A stretch of 64,000 nt of DNA from Nitrososphaeria archaeon (GTDB taxonomy: Archaea > Thermoproteota > Nitrososphaeria > JACIWG01): assembly GCA_050011875.1 (NCBI GenBank), contig JBEKIG010000006.1:1-64000 (forward strand). The letters are read 5' to 3'. The translations under genes were made by a program, and so were the position numbers. This document shows, piece by piece, positions 28,968 to 38,986 of this stretch (positions within the stretch are counted from its first letter, which is position 1; each line of letters starts with the position of its first letter). Under the pieces are notes generated by a model. That model did no database searches and had not been told where the DNA came from. It saw only the letters and a program-made list of their open reading frames with translations.

Positions 28968-30542
28968 ATGCAATTCTCTCGTGTGCCATTACTAAATGTG
29001 GGCTTTCATGGAGAGAAAGTGTTCCAAGTTGACGCTGATCTAATAGTAACTGGCAGGACCTGTATAATAGGCTCCAGTGGAAGTGGCAAGAGTTATGCCG
29101 TCGGCGTCTTCTGTGAAGAGCTCTGTAAGGCTGGAGTTCCATTTGCTCTCATAGATATCGAAGGAGAGTATTCTGGGCTGAAAGAAAAGTATGAAATGAT
29201 ATGGGTCGGAGAGGACGAAAAATGCGATTTAAATTGGAGCGCCTTAAACATCAAAGAATTGGCTGGACAGGCTCTTGACATTTCCCCTCTAATCCTTGAT
29301 GTATCAGAAGCAGAGGATCCCAAAGGGAAGGTTGGTGATTTTCTGTCTGGAATGTTTCAAGAGGTTTCTGTCAGAAGGACACCCTATCTTATAGTTCTCG
29401 AAGAAGCGGACAAGTTTATTCCGCAGGCAGGAGAACGGCTCAAGATTATTGAAGAAGTGGCTAGGAGGGGACGAAAGCGTGGCCTTGGCCTTATGCTCTG
29501 CACTCAGAGGCCCTCTCTTGTAGATAAAAATGTCTTGAGTCAATGCTCAAATCAGCTAATAGGAAAGCTAAATATAAAGAACGATTTAGAGTCGGTCGCC
29601 CAGTTTTTCCTTGGATATGGTCTACCAAAACAGCTAACAACCCTTCCCCCGGGCGTTTTCTACGCGCTCGGAGGTTTTTCACCCACTCCAGTTTCTGTCA
29701 AAATCAGGTTAAGGGAAACATCACATGGGGGAATAACCCCAAAACTTAAGGATCGTGTCATCCAACACTCTGAGGAAGTTCTCATAAAACTTCGCAACCT
29801 AAAAACAGAGAAGAACTTTCTCGGGCTGCCTCCACTGATAGGCTTAAACGATGTGCCTTCTGTTATCAAGAAGGAAAAGCGGTTTATCTTTTTCGGAGAA
29901 CAGGAAGAGGTTTCCAGTGTTCAGCTGATCTTTAACCCTCTGATCCAGCTGACTGTTAGTATTAGAACTGGGTTGCTTAGAAAAAGGTTTGAGAACAGGT
30001 TCTTTATATCAGATGGTGTAACCGGAAGATATGTTGAGCTCAAAGATGGTTTAATTTTCAAGGACGGAATTGAACAGCTCATCGGCTTGAGCCGACAACA
30101 TATCGAGGTTTTGAAGTTGCTTAGTCCAGATAAAGATTCCACGTTGATTGATATATTAGGTGAATTGAAAGTTTCAGAGTCCATAATGCGTAGTCTGCTG
30201 AAGTTCTTAGAAAATAAGAGGCTCATCAGCTCCTACAAGGATGGTAGATTAAGACGGTACCGTCGTATAGTAGAATTACCTAAGATCGACTTAGAAGAGA
30301 AACCGTTGATTCTGGAAAACATTAGCACACAGAAAGCTGAAGTTGTAAGCGTTAAATTAAAAGAAGCTGAAGTTCGTGAAGCTATCAGAGGTCTTTTTTC
30401 AGGCTCCGATCTTCTAGAGTTCAAGCCTTTCCTCTATCCAGTGTACAGGGTTGAATTGGCTTTAGAAGATAAAAAAAGGTTAGTCTGGGTTGATGGTAGA
30501 AGCGGAAAGGAAGTAGACCTAAGCGTCCCAAGTTCGTCTTAG
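28968..30542 (+). CDS. HerA/FtsK-like ATPase (DUF87) with C-terminal wHTH
   Basis: GSSGSGKS, IDIEGEY, LEEADKF, RRGRKRG...TQRP; later TLIDILGELKVSESIMRSLLKFLENKRLI. Confidence 0.82.
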   Translation: MQFSRVPLLNVGFHGEKVFQVDADLIVTGRTCIIGSSGSGKSYAVGVFCEELCKAGVPFALIDIEGEYSGLKEKYEMIWVGEDEKCDLNWSALNIKELAGQALDISPLILDVSEAEDPKGKVGDFLSGMFQEVSVRRTPYLIVLEEADKFIPQAGERLKIIEEVARRGRKRGLGLMLCTQRPSLVDKNVLSQCSNQLIGKLNIKNDLESVAQFFLGYGLPKQLTTLPPGVFYALGGFSPTPVSVKIRLRETSHGGITPKLKDRVIQHSEEVLIKLRNLKTEKNFLGLPPLIGLNDVPSVIKKEKRFIFFGEQEEVSSVQLIFNPLIQLTVSIRTGLLRKRFENRFFISDGVTGRYVELKDGLIFKDGIEQLIGLSRQHIEVLKLLSPDKDSTLIDILGELKVSESIMRSLLKFLENKRLISSYKDGRLRRYRRIVELPKIDLEEKPLILENISTQKAEVVSVKLKEAEVREAIRGLFSGSDLLEFKPFLYPVYRVELALEDKKRLVWVDGRSGKEVDLSVPSSS

Positions 30543-31338
30543 CCCATTATCTTATGTCCCCTCATAAAATAATAGCTTCTTACGGGTTTAAACCCGACTC
30601 TAGAGTATGCCTTAAAAGCTGGAATGTTATCGCTTAATACGAATAGTAGCACGTATTTTGATCTTTCAAGAAGCTTTCTTGATAACTGGGAAACCATCGA
30701 TGTGGCATATCCTCTGTTCCTGTAGTCCTTGATTGTTGCCACTGTATTTATTGACCCTACTATACCGATCGTTTCCCCGAAGTCCTTTTCTCTTGCCAAC
30801 GCGATAGAAACTATTCTGCAGTCTTCTTTAATGCAATAGCATGGGTCGCCTTCATTTATTCTTGAATATATTTCCTCTGTTGTAACCTGGCTCCAATGAA
30901 TTGGCAAAGATTCCCTTATAATTTTCGTTGTCTCCTCTGCATCATCTGTGCCCAGCTTCGTTAAAGGATATTTTGGGCGGACACCGTCGGCTACCTTTTC
31001 AAGCTTCATCAACGTCATCTTATGCTCCATCGTAGGTTCGTATTTCTTAAGCAGTATCAATTTGTGTTCTTCGCAGCAGTTTGCTTCAACATCGTCCAAG
31101 TCAATTCTGTCCAATAATGGTTCGGCTGCGTCCAAACTTCCCCTTATTGAGATGATTTGATTCTTAAAAACTAACATCATTCCCTTGATTTTTCTATTTT
31201 CCCGTGCTATCAATATTTTTGTATCTTGCCGGTTATACTTCCAATCTAGTATGAAAAAAAATAGTTAGGTACATCATTCAAAATATGTTCGTAGAAAAGG
31301 GGCTCCATATCTGCTTTTAGCTCCTTGACTTCTATCAT
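30539..31338 (-). pseudogene. GNAT acetyltransferase with a frameshift at an A8/T8 tract
   Basis: VATIKDYRNRGYAT acetyl-CoA motif; ATG 31338 (MIEVKELK...) joins the 30539-31213 frame if the 8-base homopolymer at 31254-31261 is 9 bases long. Confidence 0.75.
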
Positions 31339-31390
31339 GCTATCATTGATTTTTGAAAAATTTACCAATATTTATCTATTTATTTTGTCT

Positions 31391-32233
31391 TTAGAACCCG
31401 TGTCCTATAAGCAGTGACACAACAACTGCAACTGCAATTATAACTATTGTCTCGATCAGTGTTATCCCCCAATGAATCTTAGCCCTATGTGACCTATATC
31501 TGACTAGGAAGACGCCCGCTATAGCAATAACAACTCCCAGCGATATGATCAGATTAAATGGCTTAGGCAATGTGAGAAAAGTGACTATAGGTACTAGGCC
31601 AGCAACAAAGGTGGTTATTCCTGAAATTACGGCGGCGAACAGGTTCGTCCTTCTCCTCCCTTTGTTCAGCAGTTTAAACATATGTTCGAGCAATTTAAGC
31701 GATTTTTCTCTTTCGATCTTGTCTGGTATGTCACTGAGGCTGTAGTCCATCAGATTCTTGAGAGTTAAAAGGTCTGCGATATCCTCTGTTCTACCGCCTA
31801 GAAGAAAGCTTGAAAAGTTGGTTATCGCTACTGACGTCAAACTCAGGACTGCCGCAAACGCTGCTGTAACAGTCGTCAGTCCTGCAAGAAGTGTAGAAAG
31901 TATGACCACTAAGCTCGCAATTGAACCATCGGTAAGACCTGCTACAACCTCCAAAATCGGCTCTTTTTTCAGAAGCAGGTTTTGCCATTCTTTGCCCAGC
32001 TGGATACCCTTTTCCGTCGGTTTGAGTGCATGATTTTGTTCAATAACAAGGCCTTCCCTACCTAATTCATTTAACGCTCCATCAACGTCTTTTGTTTCGA
32101 CACAGATGTAGCCTTCGCAATAATTATCTAACTGATTTTTCAGGATGTCCTTATCTAAATTTTCTTCATCGGCGAGTCTAACAAGCGTAATTATCTTTAT
32201 TATGTCAAGTAGCTCCTGTATCTCAAACGACAA
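31391..32233 (-). CDS. wHTH fused to a VIT1/CCC1-like membrane domain
   Basis: VDGALNELGREGLV...LKPTEKG; then EVVAGLTDGSIA and FVAGLVPIV with several TM helices. Confidence 0.65.
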   Translation of the reverse strand: MSFEIQELLDIIKIITLVRLADEENLDKDILKNQLDNYCEGYICVETKDVDGALNELGREGLVIEQNHALKPTEKGIQLGKEWQNLLLKKEPILEVVAGLTDGSIASLVVILSTLLAGLTTVTAAFAAVLSLTSVAITNFSSFLLGGRTEDIADLLTLKNLMDYSLSDIPDKIEREKSLKLLEHMFKLLNKGRRRTNLFAAVISGITTFVAGLVPIVTFLTLPKPFNLIISLGVVIAIAGVFLVRYRSHRAKIHWGITLIETIVIIAVAVVVSLLIGHGF

Positions 32234-32323
32234 ATATATGATTCACCACAAACAAGTTAGGGTTATACCTACAGCAAGATTATATTTAGTGCGTTTATTA
32301 AATTTTTGATTCTAAAACGTTAT

Positions 32324-32902
32324 TCATCTTAGACGTGAGTTACTCCAGACATCAGCGTCGTCGCTGTAACCTCTTTTCTCCCAAAATCCTAGTTCCTTCT
32401 TTTTGGTGAAGGTTATCTTCTCCACCCACATCGCACTCTTGTAGGCGTATTTGTCCGGAACTATAAGCCTAAGTGGACCCCCCAAGGGTTCGTCCAGTGG
32501 TTTATCATTTAGCTTGTAGGCTAGGAGAACATCGTCTTTAAGCAGCTCCTCCAGGTTTAATGAAGTCGTATAACCATCTGAGCATTTGAAGAACACGTAT
32601 TTAGCGTCCTTAGCTGGTTTAACAAGTTCGACTAATGCTTTGAAATTAACACCATACCATCTACAGTTTCTGACACTCCATCCTTCCACGCAGTGAAAGT
32701 CGCTTTTTGATTCTATTGATGTAAGTTTTAGGAAGTCTCTCCACGAAAGCTTAATTGGTTTTTCGACTTCTCCATCGACTGTTAGAATCCATTTTTCAAG
32801 ATCGATCCTCGGATTCGATGAAATTATTCCGGGGTGATCAATGTTCCACCTGAGGAGGTTTGTGATTTCGTACTGGTCTGGAGGTAGCTCTTCATCTGTC
32901 AT
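32324..32902 (-). CDS. Molybdopterin-dependent oxidoreductase (sulfite oxidase family, catalytic domain only)
   Basis: DFHCVEGWS, GGPLRLIVP..YAYKSAMWV, GFWEKRGY. Confidence 0.9.
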   Translation of the reverse strand: MTDEELPPDQYEITNLLRWNIDHPGIISSNPRIDLEKWILTVDGEVEKPIKLSWRDFLKLTSIESKSDFHCVEGWSVRNCRWYGVNFKALVELVKPAKDAKYVFFKCSDGYTTSLNLEELLKDDVLLAYKLNDKPLDEPLGGPLRLIVPDKYAYKSAMWVEKITFTKKKELGFWEKRGYSDDADVWSNSRLR

Positions 32903-32994
32903 ATCATCTGATTTTGTCTGTTAGGATATTAAAGTTTTACAAAATCTGTGGAAATTTCATATATATTTTTATATACAACTTAAAACTCTCAAAA

Positions 32995-33444
32995 ATGATT
33001 GAAATGGAGGATATTGACGAAAGAGCGGTTTCACACTTTAAAGAAGGTTACAACTGCTGCGAATCTGTTTTGATGGGATACATGGAAACTAATAAAATAA
33101 GCAGCAATATCGTACCAAGAATCGCGACCGGTTTTGGAGGGGGAATCGCCAGAAGGGGGTCTGTCTGCGGTGCCTTGACGGGTGCAATTATGGCAATAGG
33201 TCTTATGTATGGGAGGGATAGGCTTGACCAAGACGCATATGATCTTTGTGTGGCGAAAAGTTCTGAATGTTATGAAAGGTTCAAGAAAGAGTTCGGTGAT
33301 GTTCAATGCCGTAATCTGATAGGATGCGACCTTTCCACATCCGAAGGAAGGAACCTCTTCAAAAAAATGGGGTTAAGAGAAAAAAATTGCATGAAGTATG
33401 TTAGAGGTGCTTCAACAATTCTGCTTGATCTAGCTAAACAATAA
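32995..33444 (+). CDS. C_GCAxxG_C_C family redox protein
   Basis: GYNCCESV, GFGGG, CGALTG, later Cys residues. Confidence 0.85.
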   Translation: MIEMEDIDERAVSHFKEGYNCCESVLMGYMETNKISSNIVPRIATGFGGGIARRGSVCGALTGAIMAIGLMYGRDRLDQDAYDLCVAKSSECYERFKKEFGDVQCRNLIGCDLSTSEGRNLFKKMGLREKNCMKYVRGASTILLDLAKQ

Positions 33445-33785
33445 AGATTTCTACCAATATTTTTCCTTCCAACAGGCTCAATCCCGTGCTCCAGCGTAGC
33501 TTCATTCTAATATGAATAATGTCGGTAGAACCATTAACAGGGATGATTTAACCCCAGAGATAAGGGATGCTTTAATCTATCATGTTCCTCTATTTCTAAC
33601 CATTCAAAACATCCTTGATAAGAATAAAATAATGTCTTTTGAAATAGACGCTAGTACTTTCGACCATTGGACTACACCGCCAGAGTTAGCGATAGAATAA
33701 CATTTTACGTTATCGTAAAACAGAAAGTTAGCTCTAAAAAAGAATAGTGGCTAGTCAGATAGATTTTTGAAATAAGGTACCTTGA

Positions 33786-33825
33786 TATAATTTGTTTAAC
33801 ATTAGGGTATAATTTGTTTAACATT
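33786..33825 (+). repeat. 18-bp direct repeat with 22-bp period
   Basis: TATAATTTGTTTAACATT at 33786 and 33808; degenerate third copy at 33830. Confidence 0.85.
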
Positions 33826-33894
33826 TTGGTGTAATTCTGAAAAACCTTTTAATAATTTACAATGTATTCAAATACACAAGGAGTGGAGTGAAAA

Positions 33895-34074
33895 GTGATA
33901 GATAAAAGGAAAACATCAATCCTGCTCTCAATGGTCGCCATACTAGCGGTATTAAGTGGTCTTTCAATTTCAATGGTTCCTAGTCTAATAGAAACAATGC
34001 TAATAACGGATTTCATATGTGCTTTTTTCCTATATAAATTGCTTATCATAAACTTAGTGTTGCCAACAACTTAG
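33895..34074 (+). CDS. Small hydrophobic protein (59 aa, not in the ORF track)
   Basis: GGAGTG RBS-like site and GTG start; MIDKRKTSILLSMVAILAVLSGLSIS...FICAFFLYKLLIINLVLPTT*. Confidence 0.4.
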   Translation: MIDKRKTSILLSMVAILAVLSGLSISMVPSLIETMLITDFICAFFLYKLLIINLVLPTT

Positions 34075-34161
34075 GATATTTTTTAGTTGAATAAAAAATA
34101 GAACTACCATTATAAGTATAAGTACAGCGATAAAGCATTCTTCACGAAATCTCTGAGCTAA

Positions 34162-34356
34162 ATGACAGGAACTATAAAGATCAAATTAACAGCAAGAAAA
34201 ATATCGTTTCTTTCACATCGTCACTATGCAAAGGAAAATGGCCTAAAATGTTACAAATGCCAAAGAAGTTTCAACATAGGTGAAACAATCGTCCCAAAGA
34301 GCCGTCCAAGAAAATATTACTGTCTTCAATGTGCAAAGACGTTAAATCTCATATAA
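34162..34356 (+). CDS. Small zinc-finger protein
   Basis: CYKC...CLQC. Confidence 0.7.
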   Translation: MTGTIKIKLTARKISFLSHRHYAKENGLKCYKCQRSFNIGETIVPKSRPRKYYCLQCAKTLNLI

Positions 34357-34459
34357 AAGTCAAAATTGGTCATTAGCATAAAAAATAAGACAGTTGCTAG
34401 TTGTGGAGATTTAAAACTTTTATAAGGGAGAAGGTTCTTTCTAACACATAAGTGATAAA

Positions 34460-34726
34460 ATGATCTTTATCAGTTTATGGAAGAACAGGCAGAAGCTAAC
34501 AAAGGAAATGATTGCTGAAAGCTTGAAGCTCGGTGAAATAGAAAAGAAAGAAGGAATAAAGTATCTTGGATTTTATTATACACTAGGCAGATACGACTAC
34601 GTCGCAATATTTGAAGCGCCTGATGAAAAAGCAGCTATGAAAGCCGCGATGAGAAGCGGAGGAATAGGCCCAAGTGAGACACTCGTCGCAGTACCTGCAG
34701 AAGAAGCTAGAAAACTCGTCGAATAA
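34460..34726 (+). CDS. GYD-domain protein
   Basis: YYTLGRYDYVAIFEAPDE...SETLVA. Confidence 0.88.
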   Translation: MIFISLWKNRQKLTKEMIAESLKLGEIEKKEGIKYLGFYYTLGRYDYVAIFEAPDEKAAMKAAMRSGGIGPSETLVAVPAEEARKLVE

Positions 34727-34783
34727 GCAAGACACACCTTCACAATATTTTTTTGATATATTATAACACATAGGATATTTGAT

Positions 34784-35908
34784 TTAGTTTATCCCTTGCC
34801 TTTTCTTTTGAAGTTCTTTAACTATCTTCTCTATCTCTGAAACCTTAGAAATCTCCTTTTCCACTACTTCTAATCTATTTCTTAAACTAATATTTTCAGT
34901 AGCTAGAGAATTAACTAATGTTTGTAGTTCCTTGTTTTTCTCGCTTATCTCCTCTCTTAGCTTGTTAACATCTTCTCCAGAGCCAAAAACGGTTAAAGTG
35001 TGTTCTCCTTGCTGATAGAACTTTCCTAGATCTTCAAAGGTATATCTTCTATAAACTTCGGTAAGATAGCCTTCATGTCCCATAAGAGTTTCAACTATGT
35101 CAACGGGTATTATAGATCCTAGTCGAGTTCTAAAGAATTTTCTTAAAACGTGTGGATGAATAGTTAGCCTATTAGTTGAACTATCCTTTTTCATAAATCC
35201 CGATTTTAATAAAGCATTTTTCCATATAAAATAAGCTGTTTGCATTTCAAAAGGAAATATTCTTTCATCTTCTTTGTTTTTAGCGTATAAGTGGCTTTTC
35301 CCTATCGCAGATTTAAGATAGCCTTCTCTCACTTTCATCCATTCGTTTAGAAATAGAACGGCCTCTTTTGAAATAAAAGTTATTCTCGAATTTCCCGATT
35401 TAGAATTTTCTCCTTTAACCTTTATCCTATAAGGTTCTCCATCCTCTAAATCAGAAGATTTCAGTTTTAGACATTCTCCTATTCTCATCCCTGAACTAGC
35501 TAATATTGTGAATAATGCTTTCCCCTGAACGTTAACATGTGCAAGAATTTGTTTAAGCTCTTCATTACTTGGAACTTTATCAAGTGTTAAGGCCCTAGTT
35601 CCCTTCACTCTATTATTTAGCCTTCTCCAGAACTTATCAGAAAGTTCTATATCATTCTCTATAAGAAATACCTTTACTGAACTAAGCATAAGTCTTATAC
35701 TTTTAGGTGGCTTAGTGCTTATAGATTGAAGAAACTTATCAATATCTTCTTCAATATCCCTTTTTTCGCTGAAATATTTTTCAACTTGATCTTCTAATTT
35801 GCTTTCTCCATATATGCAATTAAAGAAGTGTTTAAGTGATAGTAGATAAGATGCTTTCGTATTTTTAGAACTGTACATGTCTAAGAACTGTTTTATTCTA
35901 TCTGTCAT
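34784..35908 (-). CDS. Tyrosine recombinase/integrase with C-terminal coiled coil
   Basis: SSGMRIGE, KSG, HPHVLRKFF, LMGH, YL..VY: the R-K-H-R-H-Y set is intact. Confidence 0.92.
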   Translation of the reverse strand: MTDRIKQFLDMYSSKNTKASYLLSLKHFFNCIYGESKLEDQVEKYFSEKRDIEEDIDKFLQSISTKPPKSIRLMLSSVKVFLIENDIELSDKFWRRLNNRVKGTRALTLDKVPSNEELKQILAHVNVQGKALFTILASSGMRIGECLKLKSSDLEDGEPYRIKVKGENSKSGNSRITFISKEAVLFLNEWMKVREGYLKSAIGKSHLYAKNKEDERIFPFEMQTAYFIWKNALLKSGFMKKDSSTNRLTIHPHVLRKFFRTRLGSIIPVDIVETLMGHEGYLTEVYRRYTFEDLGKFYQQGEHTLTVFGSGEDVNKLREEISEKNKELQTLVNSLATENISLRNRLEVVEKEISKVSEIEKIVKELQKKRQGIN

Positions 35909-36234
35909 ATCCTATATATCAATAATCAAATTATTTATAGTTTACTGTATTATTAAAGTAGTTATTGCTTTAATTATTTTTTTCTATCTTGGCAGCCATC
36001 GTCCTTAAGATGATAAAGCAGCTAAACATTGACAACACTAATTGATCAACTGCACATTTACATTTATGTTTTTAAAGACTCATTGCATCTTAATTGTAAA
36101 TATCTTAATTATAAATAAACTTGACCTTACAATCTTAACCCAATTTTGCCTATATGACCCAAATTAGCGTGAGAAACTGTCGAGATAAAACGCCTGAAAG
36201 TTCTAAACATGTTTTGCATGGCTCTTAAAATTGT

Positions 36235-38877
36235 TCAGCCGTTAACTGATTGTTCTAGAAGATGCCAGTATCGTCTCACGAACCATCTTTTAATGACTTC
36301 AACCGACAAGAGATAAGAACCTACCACCATAATCAGGACTAAGAAGAACACAGGCGGCGGTATAGCAAATCCAAAGGGACTGGCTAACGGTGTAAATGGT
36401 ATTATTAGAGCTACAGCTATGACAGTCAGACTGCTGAAGAGTAAAAGATTGCTAGGCTTGCTCCTGTAGAATGGGGCTCTAGTCCTAATTAAAAAGATGA
36501 CCAAGGTCTGTGTTATAAAAGACTCCATAAACCATGCGGTTTGAAACTGATGGATGTACTGTGGTGAGATCGAAAATGGAATCGAAATGCTTGCATGGAA
36601 GAGATACAGCAATGCGAAGAATGTGAGGAAGTCGAAGATAGAACTCACAGGGCCAAAAATCGCCATGAATCTTATGATATAAGATATATCAAGTTTCTTT
36701 GGTCTCTCGATGTATTCTTTATCAACACTATCCGTCGGTATGGTTGTTTCAGAAACACTGTAGAGAAGGTTGTTTAGGAGAATCTGTGTTGGAAGCATTG
36801 GCAAGAACTCTAAAATGAAAGATGAACCGGCAACGCTGAACATGTTGCCAAAATTTGAGCTTATCGCCATGTTGATATATTTCATGGTGTTACCAAAGGT
36901 TTTTCGCCCTTCCAAAACTCCTTCGTTAAGCACCTTTAAGTCCTTATTCAATAGTATAATATCCGCGGATTCCTTTGCAACATCTACTGCGTTCTCAACA
37001 GATATACTCACATCAGAAATTTTCAAGGAGGGAGCGTCGTTAATTCCATCTCCTATGAAGCCGACTACATGTTTATTATTCTTAAGGGCATTTATTATTC
37101 TGTTTTTCTGTTCCGGGTTTACTCTTGCAAAGATGTTTGCTTCCTCAACTACTCTTGAGAGGGCATCATCATGCATTTCGGCAACCTCCCTTCCGAGCAC
37201 AATTCGTTTTATAGGGAAGCCTAATTGTTCGCAAACCGTCTTTGTAACTAATTCGTTGTCACCTGTAAGAATTTTAAGTTCCACATGATTCTTGATCAAC
37301 AGTTGGATAGATTCCTTAGCCGATTCTTTTGGTGGGTCTAGAAACACGGCAAAACCCAAAAAGACCATGTCGACTTCATCGTTTATTGAGTAGCTCGTCT
37401 TTTCCTCTTTTATTTTTTTGTACGAGACTCCTAGTATTCTGAATCCCTTCGAGCTCAAATCCCTGTTTTTTTCCTCAATTTTACTCAGAAATTCGTTTGT
37501 TAGATCAAATATTTTTTCATCTACTTCACAATAGCTAGAAAATTTTATGATATCTTCAGGCGCACCCTTGGTGATTAAGAATCGCTGCCCCTTATTACTA
37601 ACAACAACCGACAACCGCCTTCTAAAGAAGTCGAATGGGATTTCATCAATTTTCAAGTAGCTGCTAACATCAATATCTTTGTACTTCATTATAGCATTGT
37701 CAAGTGGACTTTTAAGTCCCGACTGAAAATAACTGTTCAGAAAGAGATACAATAGAACCTTTTCATCTTCCTTTCCTTCGAGGTTCAAGTGTTGCTCGAG
37801 TGTCAACTTGTTTTCTGTTAATGTCCCTGTCTTGTCGGTGCACAGAACATCCATATTACCAAAGTTTTGGATAGCCGCCAAACGTTTCACAATGACGCCT
37901 TTCTTGGACATTTCAATTGCTCCTTTTGAAAGGTTTATTGATAGAACCATTGGTAGAAGTTCAGGCGTCAAACCTACCGCTATAGCTACAGCGAAGAGAA
38001 GGGATTCCAGCACCCCTCTATTTGTAAAGAAAAACGCATTTATGAAAAAGACAAACAGGACGAGGAAAAGGGTGATTTCCATTATCATAGAGCCAAACCT
38101 TCTAAGCCCCCTCTCAAATTCGGTTGGAGGCGCCCTCGCAGTAATCCTTTTTGAGATTTTCCCAAACTCTGTTGAGGTCCCAGTCTCAACCACGACAGCT
38201 TCTGCTGTTCCACTCACAACAGAGGTTCCCAAAAAAATATAGTTATTCCATTCAGTAAGTTCTTCAGTCTTTGCATTTAATGATGCCTCCGTTTTTTCTA
38301 CTGGAATCGACTCCCCCGTTAGAGCTGACTGATTAATATTAAGATCCTTTACGTTGATCAATCTTGCATCGGCTGGAACCATGTCTCCAGCTGAGAGGAA
38401 TATTATGTCACCTGGGACGACATCGGATAGATTCACTTCCTTTTTACTGTTATCTCTTAGCACCGTTGCTGTTGTGGCCACCCTTTTCCTCAAAGCTTCA
38501 GCGGCATTCTCAGCTTTAGACTCCTGATAGACGTCAAGACCCACGCTGACAACTACTATCGAAAATATGATGGTAGCGTCGGTCAAGTCGCCAGTGAGAC
38601 CTGCAATCAAGCCTGCAATTAAAAGTATCAATATTAGGGGGCTTCTAAAGTGAATTAGAAGCTCAATGAAGCCTGCCCTTCTCCTTTTTTTGGCCAGTTC
38701 GTTTAGGCCATAGGTCTGAAGACGATTTTTTGCCTCTAATGATGTAAGGCCAGACTTCGAGGTCCCTAGCTTAGAGAAAACCTCTTCAATGGGGGCACTT
38801 AGGGAATCTTCTGTGCTTAGGACCACGTGTTGGTGTCCAGAATCATCTTTTGAAGTTGTTCCCTCTGTCCCACCCAT
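36235..38877 (-). CDS. mgtA: Magnesium-translocating P-type ATPase
   Basis: TGES, AVGLTPELLP, DVLCTDKTGTLT, GDGINDAP, SSNFGNMFS. Confidence 0.9.
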   Translation of the reverse strand: MGGTEGTTSKDDSGHQHVVLSTEDSLSAPIEEVFSKLGTSKSGLTSLEAKNRLQTYGLNELAKKRRRAGFIELLIHFRSPLILILLIAGLIAGLTGDLTDATIIFSIVVVSVGLDVYQESKAENAAEALRKRVATTATVLRDNSKKEVNLSDVVPGDIIFLSAGDMVPADARLINVKDLNINQSALTGESIPVEKTEASLNAKTEELTEWNNYIFLGTSVVSGTAEAVVVETGTSTEFGKISKRITARAPPTEFERGLRRFGSMIMEITLFLVLFVFFINAFFFTNRGVLESLLFAVAIAVGLTPELLPMVLSINLSKGAIEMSKKGVIVKRLAAIQNFGNMDVLCTDKTGTLTENKLTLEQHLNLEGKEDEKVLLYLFLNSYFQSGLKSPLDNAIMKYKDIDVSSYLKIDEIPFDFFRRRLSVVVSNKGQRFLITKGAPEDIIKFSSYCEVDEKIFDLTNEFLSKIEEKNRDLSSKGFRILGVSYKKIKEEKTSYSINDEVDMVFLGFAVFLDPPKESAKESIQLLIKNHVELKILTGDNELVTKTVCEQLGFPIKRIVLGREVAEMHDDALSRVVEEANIFARVNPEQKNRIINALKNNKHVVGFIGDGINDAPSLKISDVSISVENAVDVAKESADIILLNKDLKVLNEGVLEGRKTFGNTMKYINMAISSNFGNMFSVAGSSFILEFLPMLPTQILLNNLLYSVSETTIPTDSVDKEYIERPKKLDISYIIRFMAIFGPVSSIFDFLTFFALLYLFHASISIPFSISPQYIHQFQTAWFMESFITQTLVIFLIRTRAPFYRSKPSNLLLFSSLTVIAVALIIPFTPLASPFGFAIPPPVFFLVLIMVVGSYLLSVEVIKRWFVRRYWHLLEQSVNG

Positions 38878-38986
38878 GACGTCAACGACGCATCTCCAGA
38901 AGATATTCTTATAAATCTTCTCATAAGATTGATCTACATACAGAATGAATATTTCCTGAGTTTATTTTAACCGAATAACAGCAGGA

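Larger units (their letters stand above)
33460..36200. mobile_element. Small AT-rich islet with tyrosine recombinase
   Basis: Low-GC segment with integrase, Zn finger, tiny ORFs and 22-bp repeats; boundaries approximate. Confidence 0.5.

Noticed and set aside
33849-34049. 66-aa minus-strand ORF
   Set aside because: The opposite-strand 33895-34074 ORF has an RBS-like site and a more protein-like hydrophobic pattern.
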